Part shown: positions 40,918-50,244 of the stretch, in pieces
Position numbering within the stretch: position 1 is the first letter of the stretch
Layout of the letters: each line of letters starts with the position of its first letter
Origin: Desulfobacterales bacterium
Lineage (GTDB): Bacteria > Desulfobacterota > Desulfobacteria > Desulfobacterales > UBA5852
NCBI GenBank assembly: GCA_963674755.2
Contig: CAXXVS010000003.1
Location: 64,001 to 128,000, forward strand
Reading direction: 5' to 3'
Length of the DNA: 64,000 nt
The notes under the pieces: generated by a model
The model's database searches: none
The model's input: the letters and a program-made list of their open reading frames with translations, nothing else
What the model was told of the DNA's origin: nothing
Made by a program: the position numbers and the translations under genes

Positions 40918-42500
40918 CTCCAGGGCTGGGCCGGACGCCCCTCCTGCGCCCCGATGACTTCGAAGCATTTGACGGCCCGGTCGCCCAATTGCAGCGTGTG
41001 GGCTTCATCGATGTCAAACTGCTTGCGCACCGCCTTGAAGGTGGTTTCGCTGATCAGCACCTGCTCGGAGCGGGCCGAGCCGCAAACCGCTCGAACCTCG
41101 TTGACGACATCGCCGATAATCGAAAAGCGCCGGGATTTAAGCGCGCCCATGGCACCGGCCACCGCCGAACCGGTGGCGACACCGATACCGATCTCCAGCG
41201 GGGGCAGATCGTCGCGCACCCGCTGCTCATTTAAAGCGATCACCATCTGCTGCATCTCAACCGCCGTGGTCACCGCACGCCCGGGGTCGTCCGCATGGGC
41301 CATGGGAATCCCCCAGACCGCCAGAATCCGGTCACCAAGATAGTTGCCGATCATCCCCTCATAGCGGAACACCACCCCGGCCAGCTGTTCGAAATGGTGA
41401 TTGAGGAAGTCGATCACCCCCTCGGGATCCAGCCCGCGGGTCAAACCGCGGAAATCAATGATGTTGGCCATCAACAGGGATGCCGGATACGTGCGGCCTT
41501 CCGGGTATACGCGCAATTGACCGGCAACGACCATTTCGGCCATCTCGGGCGAGAGCAGTTTGCGGAACCGGTCGCGCTCCAGGGATTCACGGGTCACATT
41601 CTTGGCAATCTGTGAATTGCGGATGAACATGGCGGCCTTGTTGGCCACATTGGCAAGCAGATTCAGATCCTTTTCACGGTAGGGGTTGTAGGCCGCCCAA
41701 CGGTCGAGCACGATCACGCCCAGCAGTTCGTGTTCGTCTATGATCGGCACCGCCAGCGTGGCCTGGACCGGCGTTTCGATAAACTCGGGGGCCTCCCGGC
41801 TGGCGGCCAGGTTCGGAGACATGAGCACCGCGCCCTGGCCGTCTTCGGCCACGAGGTCCGCCAGGGTGCGGGAGATGGTCAGTTCATCATCCATGTTCTT
41901 GGTTTTATAGGCATGGACCGCAAATTCGCCGTCAAGAGCGACCAGCAGAATCACCCCCTGGTCGAAGTCGAGCACCTCGAAGGTGCGATCCAATACCCGC
42001 CCCAGAATAAAATCTACATGGAGGTCGAAGCCGATATCCCGCTGCAGATCGAAAGAAATGCGCAGGCGTTCATAATCCGTCCGCAGCATCTCTTCGTCGA
42101 TAATATTGGATTCGGGAAAAAACTTGTTCATCTGTTCGGGCGCCACTTTTTGGAGGATGCGCTGTTTAAGGACCTCTTCATCCTCCTCCACCCATTTGAC
42201 CTTCCGGGCTTCCATGCGCTCCCGAAAAAGGCAGCGGGTATTGCCAATCCGCAGTTCATCGCCGTCGCTGAGCACTTTCTTGCCTTTGACGCGCTCCCCA
42301 TTGACAAAGGTCCCGTTGCGGCTGCCCAGATCACGAATCGAAAAACCCTGCTGTTGCTCGGCCGTTATCAGGCAGTGCACCTTGGAGATACCGGCTTCCA
42401 GAATTTTGATCCGGTTCTTGGGGTGCCGGCCGATCACGTTGTGATCCGCCAGCTCGCACTCACTGCGGCCCTTTTTCGTAAAAATGTAAAGTTTCGCCAT
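40905..42500 (-). CDS. FHA-GAF-class III nucleotide cyclase-like protein (degenerate cyclase motifs)
   Basis: FHA domain (IGRHPKN, SKVH, DLGSRNGTFVNG), GAF domain, and cyclase homology (GDRILAVWG, IGIGVATG, IIGDVVN). Confidence 0.85.
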   Translation of the reverse strand: MAKLYIFTKKGRSECELADHNVIGRHPKNRIKILEAGISKVHCLITAEQQQGFSIRDLGSRNGTFVNGERVKGKKVLSDGDELRIGNTRCLFRERMEARKVKWVEEDEEVLKQRILQKVAPEQMNKFFPESNIIDEEMLRTDYERLRISFDLQRDIGFDLHVDFILGRVLDRTFEVLDFDQGVILLVALDGEFAVHAYKTKNMDDELTISRTLADLVAEDGQGAVLMSPNLAASREAPEFIETPVQATLAVPIIDEHELLGVIVLDRWAAYNPYREKDLNLLANVANKAAMFIRNSQIAKNVTRESLERDRFRKLLSPEMAEMVVAGQLRVYPEGRTYPASLLMANIIDFRGLTRGLDPEGVIDFLNHHFEQLAGVVFRYEGMIGNYLGDRILAVWGIPMAHADDPGRAVTTAVEMQQMVIALNEQRVRDDLPPLEIGIGVATGSAVAGAMGALKSRRFSIIGDVVNEVRAVCGSARSEQVLISETTFKAVRKQFDIDEAHTLQLGDRAVKCFEVIGAQEGRPAQPWSYLG

Positions 42501-42552
42501 GCTGCCCAACCTTATGGTAACCTGCGTTCCGTCCTTGAGGCCCTGTCTCCCG

Positions 42553-44124
42553 TTAGGATGATACCCCCGCTACCGATGCTGGCAGGGGGACGCTCGGGAA
42601 CAACCCCGGATTCGTATGGGGCAGAAACTTGGCCGCACTGAAACGATTCATGAAGTCTTGATTGACATTGAGCTCCATATAGGTAATCCGGTCGCGGATC
42701 GCATCCACCCGTTCCAGGCTCGTCGGCTGGGTCAGCACTTTTTTGGCCCCTTCCAATGAACTGTTGCCCAAGGGGCGGTAACGCGCCAGGGGAAGATCGG
42801 GGAGCATCCCGATCGTGATGGCCGAACGCGGATCGATAAACACCCCGAAGGTCCCGGCCACGTAGAACGTTTCCAATTCCTGGGGCGTCATCCCCACCGC
42901 CTCCGTAATGGTTTCCAGAATCGTGTACATCGCCGCCTTGGAGCGAATCAAGCTGTCCAGATCGGTCTGGCCGATGGTCAACGCATTCCCGCTGGCCGTT
43001 GTCTTCGCCTCGGCCACAACCAGCCGCGGCTCGCCGTCCGATTGGATCAGCCGTTCCCCGCAGATGGCGGGAACAAAGCGGCCCTGAATGTCAATCATAC
43101 CGCTGGCAAACAGCTGGGCGGCCAGATCGATGACCCCCGAGCCGCAGATGCCCACCGGCGGGACATCTGCGATGGTGCGCAGGGAAAACCGGCGCTCAGT
43201 CCCGGTGATGCGCACCTGATCGATGGCACCCGGACGGGCCGTGGTGCCGATGCGGCTGACCCCGCTCTCCAGGGCCGGTCCGGCCGCGCCGGCACAGGCA
43301 ATCATCCAGTGGCGGTTGCCAAGGACGACCTCGGCGTTGGTGCCCACGTCCACCAGAAGCGCCGTCTGCTCACGGTGATCCAGATCGCTGTAAAGGATAC
43401 CGGCGATCAAATCACCACCGAAATAGCTGCCGATATTCGGAAAGATAATCATCCGGGCCCCGGGGGCGACCTCCAGGCCCAGGGATCGGGCGGTTCGGAT
43501 GCCGGGCCGGTTGACGACCGGGATGTAGGGCTCCCGGATGATCCAATGGGGATCCAGCCCCATGAAAAGATGGGTCATGACCGTGTTGCCCGCCAAGGCC
43601 AGCAGAACGATGCGATCGCGGGCCGTATCCGCCTGCTCGCAGAGCGTTGCGATCATGCCGTTGAGCCCGTCCACCACGAGACGATGGAGGTGCGCCAGGC
43701 CGCCTTGCTCATCGGCATAATGAATCCGCGTCAGCACATCCGGGCCGATGATCCCCTGGGGATTGTCGAAGGACGCTTCCCGGAGCATCTGACCGCTTGC
43801 GAGATCCAACAGGCTGAGGGCGATGCGCGTCGTACCGAGATCGATGGCCAGGCCGCAAAGGGGTGCGGGATCCTTGATGTCGGTGAGGCCACACACCTGC
43901 CAGGCCTCGTTGTCACGCACCAGCGCACAGCGCAGGTCGAAATTCCAGCCTCGCAGACGGGCAGGCAGATCGACCAGGAGCTCCGCGTCCAGATGAACGG
44001 CCGATCCGCCGAGGCGCTTTTGCAGAACACCGATCAGACGTTCCTGATCGGCTGTATTGTCGGACAGGGATGGTGGGGGCAGTCGCAGTGTCTCAAGCCA
44101 GCTGGCGCGGTCTCCGGTTTTCAT
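42553..44124 (-). CDS. ASKHA/RACo (DUF4445) corrinoid reductive-activator family protein lacking the 2Fe-2S domain
   Basis: AIDLGTT, NPQ..GPDVLTRI, AGNTVMTH, DVGTNAE, AGPALE, GICGSG and GNSSL. Begins at the PPSLSDNTAD linker. Confidence 0.9.
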   Translation of the reverse strand: MKTGDRASWLETLRLPPPSLSDNTADQERLIGVLQKRLGGSAVHLDAELLVDLPARLRGWNFDLRCALVRDNEAWQVCGLTDIKDPAPLCGLAIDLGTTRIALSLLDLASGQMLREASFDNPQGIIGPDVLTRIHYADEQGGLAHLHRLVVDGLNGMIATLCEQADTARDRIVLLALAGNTVMTHLFMGLDPHWIIREPYIPVVNRPGIRTARSLGLEVAPGARMIIFPNIGSYFGGDLIAGILYSDLDHREQTALLVDVGTNAEVVLGNRHWMIACAGAAGPALESGVSRIGTTARPGAIDQVRITGTERRFSLRTIADVPPVGICGSGVIDLAAQLFASGMIDIQGRFVPAICGERLIQSDGEPRLVVAEAKTTASGNALTIGQTDLDSLIRSKAAMYTILETITEAVGMTPQELETFYVAGTFGVFIDPRSAITIGMLPDLPLARYRPLGNSSLEGAKKVLTQPTSLERVDAIRDRITYMELNVNQDFMNRFSAAKFLPHTNPGLFPSVPLPASVAGVSS

Positions 44125-44945
44125 TTCCCCCCATGGGTGTTCGCGGGTATGCGACGGTCCGCCAAAGCGCACCGCCCCGGTTGAGGACGCCCTTCCTCGC
44201 GGCGCCGCTCGGCAATACAGGCCACGATGGCTTCCAGAACCTCACCGGCCCCTCCTTGGATAAAGTCGTCGCTGATCCGGCTGGTCAGGGGGGTCGGTTC
44301 GGGATTGATTTCCACCACCCGGGCACCGCTTTCCCTGGCCAGGAGAGGCATCATCGCGGCCGGCTGAACCGTGGCCGAGGTGCCCACCACCAACAGCACC
44401 TCACAATGGGACACCAGCTGCTGGGAGCGGGTCAAATGCTGGGGCGGAATCATTTCGCCAAAAAACACGCAGTCCGGTCGGTAAATGCCGCCGCAGTCGC
44501 AGCGGGGAGGGATTCGGGCAAGGTCGACCTGCCGGGTTTCACAGCGGCTCCCGCAATCCATGCAGCGCTGCCAGGCGAACGTTCCATGAAATTCAATCAC
44601 GTCGCGGCTCCCGGCGGCCTGGTGCAGACCGTCAACGTTCTGGGTAATCACCGATCGCAGATAGCCCCATTGCTCCAGACGTGCCAACCCCGTGTGTCCC
44701 GCGTTGGGACGGGCAGCGCTCAACACGGTCTGCATGCCTGTTAGCAGCAGCTGCCATACTCTGGCCGGGTTGCGGCGAAAGGCATCGATATGGGCCACCT
44801 CCATGGGATCCATGCGTTCCCATAAACCGCCGGGACCCCGAAAAGGGGGAATGCCACTCTCGATGGAAATGCCGGCCCCGGTTAAGGCAACTGCCTTGCG
44901 GGTGTGCATCAATACTTCCGCGGTTTGCCGAATCAATGCTTGCAT
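44121..44945 (-). CDS. cobB: NAD-dependent protein deacylase (sirtuin)
   Basis: TGAGISIESGIPPFRG, TQNVDGLH, FHG, CxxC...CxC, FGE, VGTS and EIN. Confidence 0.93.
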   Translation of the reverse strand: MQALIRQTAEVLMHTRKAVALTGAGISIESGIPPFRGPGGLWERMDPMEVAHIDAFRRNPARVWQLLLTGMQTVLSAARPNAGHTGLARLEQWGYLRSVITQNVDGLHQAAGSRDVIEFHGTFAWQRCMDCGSRCETRQVDLARIPPRCDCGGIYRPDCVFFGEMIPPQHLTRSQQLVSHCEVLLVVGTSATVQPAAMMPLLARESGARVVEINPEPTPLTSRISDDFIQGGAGEVLEAIVACIAERRREEGRPQPGRCALADRRIPANTHGGK

Positions 44946-45004
44946 AGGATGTGTTCATGCTCCCCACGACTATCGCTATTATCACCAGCCGATAAAGAGG
45001 CGGT

Positions 45005-45883
45005 TCAGGGGGCGGCGTTGTAACCGAGATAGGTATACCAGATGTTATCGCGTGTCCAACGATTGCGGATACGCCCGCCGCTGCCATGGAGCAGGCTTTC
45101 CGCCTCCCGGGCTTCGCTGCGCAGCAAGCCCGACAAAATCCAGTGGCGTTTGGCCTTGAAGCCCGGTGATGTCAGCAGGGTCTTCATGACCTCAAAATGG
45201 ACATTGGCCAGCAACAGCTCGGCAGGGCAATCCACCAGTTCTTCGGCCCGCCCGTGAACCGGCAGGACCTGGTTGGTAAAACCGTTCAACCGGATGTTGC
45301 GCCGGGCCGTCTTGACCGCCAGACGGTTAAAGTCCACGGCCAGCACGTGCTCACTACCCAAACCGGCCGCCGCAACCGCCAGAATGCCCGTACCGGTGCC
45401 CAAATCCAACACGGTGTCAATGCCGGTTTCCCGGTATAGGATTTCCAGCGCCGCCAGGCAATCCCGGGTCGTGGGATGGGTGCCGGTGCCGAAGACCACC
45501 CCGGGGTCCAGCCAAAGGGGAATTTGCCCTACGATCTCCGGCTGGAACGTCGCTCCCCCATCGGTTGCCCAGGGGGGCTTCACATGGAAGCAACCGGCGC
45601 GGAAGGCGGCCACGCGTCCACCCTGCCAGTCGTCATAGGGCATCTGGAAGCGATCGATAAGCGACAGGTGGGGATGGGCTTCCAGCAAAGCGGTGATGGT
45701 CGTCTCGGCGGCGGCCGAAAAAAACACGAATGAGAATCCGTCCTCTTCCCAGGTGCCGATGAAGGTCGGCCTATCGGCCAGCGCCTGTTCCGGAACGCGT
45801 CCTTCCATATAATAAATGTAGAGATCCTCATAGGGCGGCCGATAGCGTGGGGCCGCCTTATCACGTGACGGAGATTCAATCAT
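45005..45883 (-). CDS. PrmA-like protein lysine methyltransferase with atypical N-terminus
   Basis: DPGVVFGTGTHPTT, VLDLGTGTGILA, LLAN and ILSGLL. Confidence 0.82.
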   Translation of the reverse strand: MIESPSRDKAAPRYRPPYEDLYIYYMEGRVPEQALADRPTFIGTWEEDGFSFVFFSAAAETTITALLEAHPHLSLIDRFQMPYDDWQGGRVAAFRAGCFHVKPPWATDGGATFQPEIVGQIPLWLDPGVVFGTGTHPTTRDCLAALEILYRETGIDTVLDLGTGTGILAVAAAGLGSEHVLAVDFNRLAVKTARRNIRLNGFTNQVLPVHGRAEELVDCPAELLLANVHFEVMKTLLTSPGFKAKRHWILSGLLRSEAREAESLLHGSGGRIRNRWTRDNIWYTYLGYNAAP

Positions 45884-46556
45884 TCTTCGGCAAACGATCC
45901 ATGGTCCACTCCATAGGATCCAGGATCGTGAATCCAAGGGCGGCCAGTTTCTTCTTGACCCGCCGGACATTGTTGGTCAGCAGATAGGTAAACACTGCCC
46001 GCATATTGGGTTCCCAGGAGCGGGCCACCAGGATGGATCCGAACGAGATGTTCTCTTCGGTGATCGCATCGACGATGATTTTCATCTGACCCAGTTTTTC
46101 TTCCACCAGAACACCCAACAGGGTGCCGGGCTCCTCGATCCCCAGCACGTTGATGAAGGCCCGCAGCAGATCACGCACCGAGATAAGGCCCTGCAGCCGA
46201 CCCTGGCGATCGACAACCGGCAAGGCGCCGACACGCAGGGCTTGAATCTGCAGCAAAACATCTTCGATGGTATCCTCAGGCGAAACCGTGCGGGGGTTGC
46301 GTGTCATGGCTTCCGCCACCTTGAGGCTGGAGAAGTCGCCCACCTCCATGTGGGTGTCGGATTTGGCGTAAAATGCCGCCGGCAGGATGCTGCGAACGTC
46401 CCGATCGGTAATGATACCCACCAGAGAATCATCGTCTTCGACCACCGGCAAATGGCGAATGCGGTGCTTTAGCATAAGGTCACGGGCGTCGATGATGCTG
46501 GTTTCAGGACGGACAGCGATCACTTTATGGGTCATGGATTTACTGACAAACATCAT
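45876..46556 (-). CDS. CBS-pair plus ACT domain protein (AcuB-like)
   Basis: IRHLPVV...GIITDRD, VGALPVV and C-terminal ACT-like region. RBS GGGAGG. Confidence 0.88.
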   Translation of the reverse strand: MMFVSKSMTHKVIAVRPETSIIDARDLMLKHRIRHLPVVEDDDSLVGIITDRDVRSILPAAFYAKSDTHMEVGDFSSLKVAEAMTRNPRTVSPEDTIEDVLLQIQALRVGALPVVDRQGRLQGLISVRDLLRAFINVLGIEEPGTLLGVLVEEKLGQMKIIVDAITEENISFGSILVARSWEPNMRAVFTYLLTNNVRRVKKKLAALGFTILDPMEWTMDRLPKND

Positions 46557-46658
46557 AACCTCCCCGGGCATGCACGAACGTCCTGGACATGCCCCCAAGT
46601 GCAGCGCCCCCCGCAGCAACGGCTGATGCAGGCCGGCTCGCGGGTGCGGACGCACGTT

Positions 46659-47609
46659 TTAGGCATTGAGTAGGATTTGAACATGGTTGCCCGCCAGCTC
46701 GGGGAGGCGCTCTAGCGCGTAGCCTCCCTCGAGAATGGATATCAACTTCCCATCGGCATGTCGGGCGGCCATGTCGACGATCTGTTGCATCACCCAGGAA
46801 TAGCTTTCCGTCGAAAGGGCGACATCGGACATATCGTCATCGACATGGGCGTCGAACCCCACCGACACGATGATGAATTCCGGCCGGAAGCGCTCGATGG
46901 CGGTGGCCAGCTCACCGCCGATGGCCTCCCGGTAGACCTCGTCCCCCTGACCGGGCAAAACCGTGGCATTGAAAGTGTAGCCGACACCACGTTTTTCGCC
47001 TTGGTCGAAGGCGCGCCCCGTGCCGGGGAAGGCAAAGGACGGGTGCTGATGAATCGAGAAGTAATATACGGTATCGTCTTCTTCGAAAATATGGGCGGTG
47101 CCGTTGCCGTGATGGACGTCGATATCGATGATCGCCACCCGCTGCAGGAACCATTTGGTTTGCAGGTAGACCGCCGCGATGGCGGCATTGTTGAAATAGC
47201 AGAACCCCATGGCTTTGGACCGCTCGGCATGATGCCCGGGAGGGCGCACGGCGCAAAAGGCATTGTCGATTTCGTCGGCAATGATGCTGTCGATGGTATC
47301 AAGAATACCACCCACGGCCAGCAGGGCGATCTCGAAGGTCTCAGGGCCCATCTGGTTGTCGGCGCTGTCAAACGTCTTCTGACCGTTTTGGCAGGCCGCT
47401 TCGAACCGATCGATATAATCTTTGTCGTGGACGAGCTCGATCCACATCCGCTCGGCCGGCCGCGCCGGAATTACCGTCAGGTGTTCCAGCAGCCCCATCT
47501 GCTCAATTCCCTGATAGATGGCGGTCAGCCGCTCGGGACATTCGGGATGATAGGGTCCTGTGGTGTGCTTGAGGAACCGTTCATCATACAGAAAGCCGGT
47601 CCGCTTCAT
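46659..47609 (-). CDS. Zn-dependent histone-deacetylase-family protein (AcuC-like)
   Basis: HPECPERL, RPPGHHA, MGFC, DIDVHHGNGT, GFDAH..D and LEGGY all intact. Confidence 0.93.
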   Translation of the reverse strand: MKRTGFLYDERFLKHTTGPYHPECPERLTAIYQGIEQMGLLEHLTVIPARPAERMWIELVHDKDYIDRFEAACQNGQKTFDSADNQMGPETFEIALLAVGGILDTIDSIIADEIDNAFCAVRPPGHHAERSKAMGFCYFNNAAIAAVYLQTKWFLQRVAIIDIDVHHGNGTAHIFEEDDTVYYFSIHQHPSFAFPGTGRAFDQGEKRGVGYTFNATVLPGQGDEVYREAIGGELATAIERFRPEFIIVSVGFDAHVDDDMSDVALSTESYSWVMQQIVDMAARHADGKLISILEGGYALERLPELAGNHVQILLNA

Positions 47610-47628
47610 TCTCGCTCCATCCGGAAGT

Positions 47629-48378
47629 TCACTTCAACAATTTGTCAAAAATAGCAAAGGCGGCCTGAACAACCGCCGTATCCGTGGGTAGCGCCATGGT
47701 CGGTTGGCCGTTGAGATCATACTCATACAGGGTCTCGTCTTCGAGCACCGTGCCCACATACTCCAGATCCGCCTGGCGAATGAGGGTCATGACTTCCTCC
47801 GGTGGAGGCCCCTTGGCCTGGTTGATCATGAGGCATGTCCTTTCCACACCGATATTGAGGGTTTTGGCCAGCGTGTTGATCCGCAGACCGGCCTGAAGCC
47901 CCCGCCGGGAAGCATCGGCCACGATCAGCAGGATGTCGACGTTTTGGGTGGTCAGTCGGCTGATGTGCTCCATGCCGGCCTCGTTGTCCATGACCAGATA
48001 AGGGTAATTGCCGGTGAGCTGCTCCAGGAAACGGGTCAGCAGTGAATTGGCCGCGCAGTAGCATCCAGCCCCCTCCGGCTGCCCCATCACCAGCAGGTCG
48101 AAGCCATCATGTTCGACGATGGCCTGCTGCATGCGCATATCCATAAAGACATCTTTGGTCATCCCCTCGGGGACCTTGCCCTTTTTCATGTCTTCGCGGG
48201 CGTCCCCCAGCGTTTCCGAAACAGGTACTCCCAGCACTTCATTCAAATTGGCGTTGGCGTCGGCATCCACCGCCAATATCGGCGTCTTGTTGACACTCAT
48301 CAAATACTTCACAAGCAGACCGGCCATGGTGGTTTTCCCGGTACCGCCTTTGCCGGCCAGGGCTATTGAAAACGGCAT
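47629..48378 (-). CDS. cooC: CooC/AcsF-type nickel-insertion ATPase
   Basis: GKGGTGKTT, AVDAD, GAGCYC, DNEAGMEHISR. Confidence 0.9.
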   Translation of the reverse strand: MPFSIALAGKGGTGKTTMAGLLVKYLMSVNKTPILAVDADANANLNEVLGVPVSETLGDAREDMKKGKVPEGMTKDVFMDMRMQQAIVEHDGFDLLVMGQPEGAGCYCAANSLLTRFLEQLTGNYPYLVMDNEAGMEHISRLTTQNVDILLIVADASRRGLQAGLRINTLAKTLNIGVERTCLMINQAKGPPPEEVMTLIRQADLEYVGTVLEDETLYEYDLNGQPTMALPTDTAVVQAAFAIFDKLLK

Positions 48379-48411
48379 GATAACGATATCCTTTCCTGAA
48401 AAAAATAATTC

Positions 48412-48555
48412 GTGTCCGGCCAGATATGGTAGATTTCGGTTCCTGGCAAGGCCCGAGCGCGCTTTCAACCGGAGGAATAGCGCGCTATTTCAGGGATTGA
48501 AAACAAGCGAGAACGCCGCCAGGGGGCGAAAGATGCCAGCTATGGATGGCCACTA
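48412..48555 (+). repeat. ERIC/MITE-like element, copy 5 (alternative inner arm)
   Basis: GTGTCCGGCCAGATATGGTAGATTTCGGTTCCTGGCAAGGC...AATAGC-GC-GCTATT...GAGAACGCCGCCAGGGGGCGAAAGATGCCAGCTATGGATGGCCACTA. Confidence 0.82.
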
Positions 48556-49076
48556 AATCAATGTCGTCTAATTTTAACCACTTAAGACAGTTGGCCAGAA
48601 CAGTCAAGGACCTTTTCCAACCGGTCGCCAAGGGGGCCGTCCGCTAAAACGATAACGGCATGAAGGCGTCACGGCTGACGGACAAAGGGTGCCAAAAGAA
48701 GGGGCATCCCACGCGGACACGGCCCTGCTGGCGCGACGCCGTCCGATAGGATGGCGTGATGGCCGAAGTGCATCATCGTGCTGCCAAGGGCTGCTAAAGG
48801 TCGCCGGAACGCCCTTCGGCGGGCTCTGGCCCGCGTTCTGAGGTATGCCATTCCGGATTGGCGGCAGCGCATCACTCCGCGTGCTTCCCATCTTGCAAAG
48901 CACCATACCCTGTGATAAAAATCTGGGCTCCGAACAGCATATCATCGACCGTTTGACCCCCGGGCGGACCGCACCCCGCCACGGGCGTCTGCATGGGGTT
49001 TCGCCTTGGATGCAAGATAACGGTTCCTCGCCGCCGCTGCCGATCATCATCTGTCATATGTAAAAGGGGACGCACA

Positions 49077-50231
49077 ATGGACTTTGAGTTAAATCGCACA
49101 CAGCAGGAGATCGTGAAGGCCGTTCGTGATTTCACCAAGGGGGAGTTTGACAAGGATCTGGCCCTGGAGCTGGAGGAGGCCCACGAATTCCCCAGGAAGA
49201 TCTGGCAGAAGGCCGGTGACCTGGGGCTGATCGGGGTGCATTTTCCGGAAGCATATTCCGGCCAGGGGCTGGGGTCGCTGGAAGACATTCTGGTCATCGA
49301 GGAGCTTTGCCGGGGGGATTCCACCATCGGCAGCGCGGTGGCTTTGGCGGCCTTTGCCTCGGAGCTGATTTTGCACAACGGCACCGAGGCCCAGAAGCAG
49401 GCCTGGCTGCCCAAGATCGCCGAAGGCCAGGCCCTTTCGGCCGGGGCCTTCACCGAACCCGACCACGGCTCGGACATCACCCGCATGAACACCACGGCGG
49501 TGAAAGACGGCAACGAATGGGTGATCAACGGCACCAAGACCTTTATCACCAACGGGGGGCTGGCCAGCGTGTACTGCGTGCTCTGCCAGACCGACGGGGA
49601 GATTGTCCCCAGCCACCGGGGCATGAGCGTGATTCTGGTGGAGGCCGGCCGTGAGGGATTGACGACGGCCGATGTGGGCCGCAAGATGGGCATCCGCATG
49701 ATGGCCACGGCCGAGGTGAACTTCAAGGACGTGCGCGTGCCCGTGGAGAATCTCTTGGGCGAGGAGGGCCGGGGGTTTTACCAGGTGCTGCATTTCTTTG
49801 ACGAGAGCCGCATCCAGGTGGCGGCCCAGGCCCTGGGTACGGCCCAGGGGGCCTATGACCGGGCGCTGGCCTATGTGAAGCAGCGCGAGCAGTTCGGCAA
49901 GAAGATCGCCCTGTTCCAGGTGACCCAGCACAAGCTGGCCGAGATGGCCACCAAGATCGAGCTGGCGCGGTTGATGACCTACAAGGCGGCCTGGAATTTC
50001 GACCAGGGGCGTATCGACCCCAAGCTGACCTCCATGGCCAAGATGGTAGCCGCCCGCACGGCGGTGGAAGTCTGCGACGAGGCCATCCAGCTCCATGGGG
50101 GCTACGGCTACATGAGCGAGTACGAGGTGGAGCGCTTCTACCGCGATGCCAAGATCACCGAACTCTATGAGGGCACCCGCGAAATCCAGAAAAACACCAT
50201 CGCCAGCGCCCTTATCGGAAAATTGAAATAA
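49077..50231 (+). CDS. Acyl-CoA dehydrogenase
   Basis: FTEPDHGSD, NGTKTFITNG, KMGIR, REQFGKKI, QLHGGYGY and YEGTREIQ. Confidence 0.95.
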   Translation: MDFELNRTQQEIVKAVRDFTKGEFDKDLALELEEAHEFPRKIWQKAGDLGLIGVHFPEAYSGQGLGSLEDILVIEELCRGDSTIGSAVALAAFASELILHNGTEAQKQAWLPKIAEGQALSAGAFTEPDHGSDITRMNTTAVKDGNEWVINGTKTFITNGGLASVYCVLCQTDGEIVPSHRGMSVILVEAGREGLTTADVGRKMGIRMMATAEVNFKDVRVPVENLLGEEGRGFYQVLHFFDESRIQVAAQALGTAQGAYDRALAYVKQREQFGKKIALFQVTQHKLAEMATKIELARLMTYKAAWNFDQGRIDPKLTSMAKMVAARTAVEVCDEAIQLHGGYGYMSEYEVERFYRDAKITELYEGTREIQKNTIASALIGKLK

Positions 50232-50244
50232 AGGAGGAGAAATT

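Noticed and set aside
48604..49050. ORFs or ncRNA in the cooC / acyl-CoA dehydrogenase divergent region
   Set aside because: No family motifs, convincing RBS or recognisable RNA structure.
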